Notes under the pieces: model-generated
The model's database searches: none
Told to the model about the DNA's origin: nothing
The model's input: the letters and a program-made list of their open reading frames with translations, nothing else
Shown: piece by piece, positions 61,689 through 64,000 of the stretch
Layout of the letters: each line of letters opens with the position of its first letter
How positions within the stretch are numbered: the stretch's first letter is position 1
Position numbers and translations under genes: made by a program
Source of the DNA: Vicugna vicugna
Taxonomy: Eukaryota
NCBI GenBank assembly: GCA_013265495.1
Contig: MU058213.1
Coordinates: 4,650,001 to 4,714,000, forward strand
DNA length: 64,000 nucleotides
Reading direction: 5' to 3'

Positions 61689-64000
61689 AACCCCTGCTGT
61701 GAAGAGGCTTCACAGTGTGTCCTCCACACCATCTTGAAGGTGACTTGCACATAGTAGGTGCTCTGTAAGTGTTTGACAAGTTAAATGCCCAATGACATTG
61801 AGGTGGGGAGTTTAAACTCTGCCCCTCCTGCCTTAGATTAAATTTCCTATAGGGGCCTTTTGTTTTTCCTATCCCAACCACCAGGAATTTCCCAGTCCTC
61901 CGTGTAGGGCCCTAGGGCTGCAGGCTCAAGTGTTCTAGGAAGGCAGTGGGGCTTTGCGATTCCAGCTGCACGCACTACTTCAAATGAAAAATCTAAAAGC
62001 TGGGCACTTTGCTGAATCTACTTGAGAAATTGGAGGTGGTGCTTCAAATGATGTCAGAAAAGGCCACTGTGGACTCTTTTGCTATCATTTGGAGGCAGTA
62101 CTTTCCACTGTGCCTGCCAGGAACTTGATGTCAGAAGAGTCTTTTGAAAGTTACTATTAAGGAGACTTGATTGCCAGCTATTGACGAGGAGGTCTGCCTT
62201 CTCAGTGGCAGCCTCAGAGGTGGTCTTGGCCAGACCAGCCTGCCCCTGACTCACGCTGAGGTCTGTCGGCCAGGCCGACACACCCCTCTTTGGGGCCCAG
62301 GACAACATGCTGGTTTCCTGGAAGCCTTTAGGCCAAGGCTCTGCTGCTAAGAAAATGATATTATTTTTGCAAGTATGGCCTAATAAGTGTGTTTAAGGAG
62401 CCTCAAAAGTAAGACTCCTTTCAAAGAAATACAGGATTAAAACTAACAAACAAACAAGAAGCAAAAAGCAAAACCTAGGAGGTAAATTAACACTTCACTG
62501 ATGCCAAGGAGTTTGCAGGTTTCATTGACTGTGGGGATTTGGATGGCCCACCCCATTGTGTGCCCACCGATTGCAGGGGCAAAGGCAAACCCACACCCCT
62601 TTGTGGGAAAGTGAATTCCATGGCAAACCCCAGTGGCTTAAGAGTGTTTGCTTCTCCTGGAAATAATTATAGAAATACGCAATCCTTGAAAGGCAACATC
62701 TGGCTGGCTGGAGGCAAGCTGGCAAATACTCAATCTAAATAGATAGGGGGTGACGTTGCGCAGAAGGAAAGAAACAGCCTGAGAAGATGGCCAGTGGGCG
62801 TGAGTACCCCTGTCCAGAGAGACGCCCCACCCTGCCCTGGTGTTGACTTTACTCCCGGAGCTGTCTAGGAGGCAGATGCCCACGTAGCCCGGAGCCCCAT
62901 TACCTGCGCCTTCCCCTTCTGAGGCTCCCCTGGAGGCTCGGGGGCTCTGGAGCCCAGAAGTGTTTGCTGCCCAGGGAGCGGTCTGGACCAGTACTCTGCG
63001 GTCAGCCTGGATTTCGCATCCACTTCCAGTGCGATGTGAGGTGTTGATTTGCTGTTAGAAATGTCTCTAACCCCCCTGATGCTTTCTCAAGATGGCCCAT
63101 GTGCTTGTTCTCACAAACGGTGCCCAGGACCCGGAGCTCTGCAGTGTTTCCAGGAAAGTGGCTTAAGTCTGTATTCCCTTCTCCCTGTCCAGTTCGGAGG
63201 GCTCAGCTTTGGATCTCTTGAAATACCAGGGCAAATCCTCTTTTTTTTTTTCTCCCCCCTCTTCAATTTTGCATCTATCAGCTGGTGACAGAAGCAGAAC
63301 AGCATCTTTGTGGATTTATGGACATTGAGGGTTTTTATTTTTTAATCGCACATGAGACATTTTCTAGTAAAGAATGCAGTTCTGATAAATCCAGTGAACC
63401 TGCCATGGACTTTCTGAAACCAAGTTTTCGTGCAAGCTGTGGTAATGACATTATGAAGGAACTTACTGAAAAATATGGGCCCTTAGAGCAAGTTTTTGCA
63501 GAGGGTGTGTTTTTGGGGAAAAAGTGCTCTCAGTAGCAGTTCTGTGTTCTGCAGCCTCTTGTGGTGGTTTTGCAGAGCCCCGAGGCAGCGTGTTTAAAGG
63601 CCTTGGTTTGACTTCTCTTTGGACTTGTCAGCTTTTGAGCACCTGAGCAAGCCTTAGAGAAGACCAGATTTCCTCCGAGTTAAGAGGTTGTGGGATAAAT
63701 CCCTAGAGGAATTCAGGAGGAGCATCCTGCTTTTGAATAAACAGTCATTAGTGTAACATGAATAACGTCTTGCTCACCTGTAGAGGGGCCTCAAGAATCG
63801 AGTTCACTTGGGATTGAAGGGTTGAAAGAGTTGGAACTGTAAGACCCCTGGAGTTCCACCTCTCAGACTTGCTTGCTGTCCAGTCTTGGACAAGAAGTCA
63901 TTTGGCATTTCTGAGCCTCAGTTTCCTTACGTGTGGAATTACGCTGCCCACCTCACAGTCTTTACGTGAATCACTAACATCACTTCGCGCTGATGCTTCC

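Noticed and set aside
1..64000. CRISPR array, operon or other novel multi-gene system
   Set aside because: No regularly spaced repeats, no dense coding sequence and no foreign-looking segment; the content is ordinary mammalian intergenic and intronic DNA

Overview
Mammalian, essentially non-coding genomic DNA. It is most likely from a camelid, because it carries five copies of a tRNA-Ala-derived SINE matching my recollection of the Vic-1 family. Positions 1-39.3 kb are intergenic, with interspersed repeats (L1 of several ages, L2, MIR, MaLR/MLT1 LTRs, hAT and Tigger MITEs), a large L1 cluster at 22.1-29.6 kb and a few candidate cis-regulatory sites. A CpG island at about 39.34-39.96 kb carries GC boxes and an ATG-less first exon ending at a strong donor (ACG|GTAAGT, 39582/39583). 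This implies a + strand gene whose intronic region fills the rest of the window; I could not identify the gene. A candidate 70-nt internal exon lies at 54423-54492 and a possible alternative first exon ends at 62799. I can support no intact protein-coding region: the ORF track consists of chance ORFs and decayed L1 ORF2 fragments. I found no convincing novel biological system. The most notable items are retrotransposition footprints (a twin-primed inverted L1, a poly(A)-only insertion, triple-nested L1s), an ancient CR1/L3 reverse-transcriptase fossil and the ATG-dense candidate exon. Repeat family names come from recalled consensus features, not a database search, and boundaries without a stated TSD are approximate.
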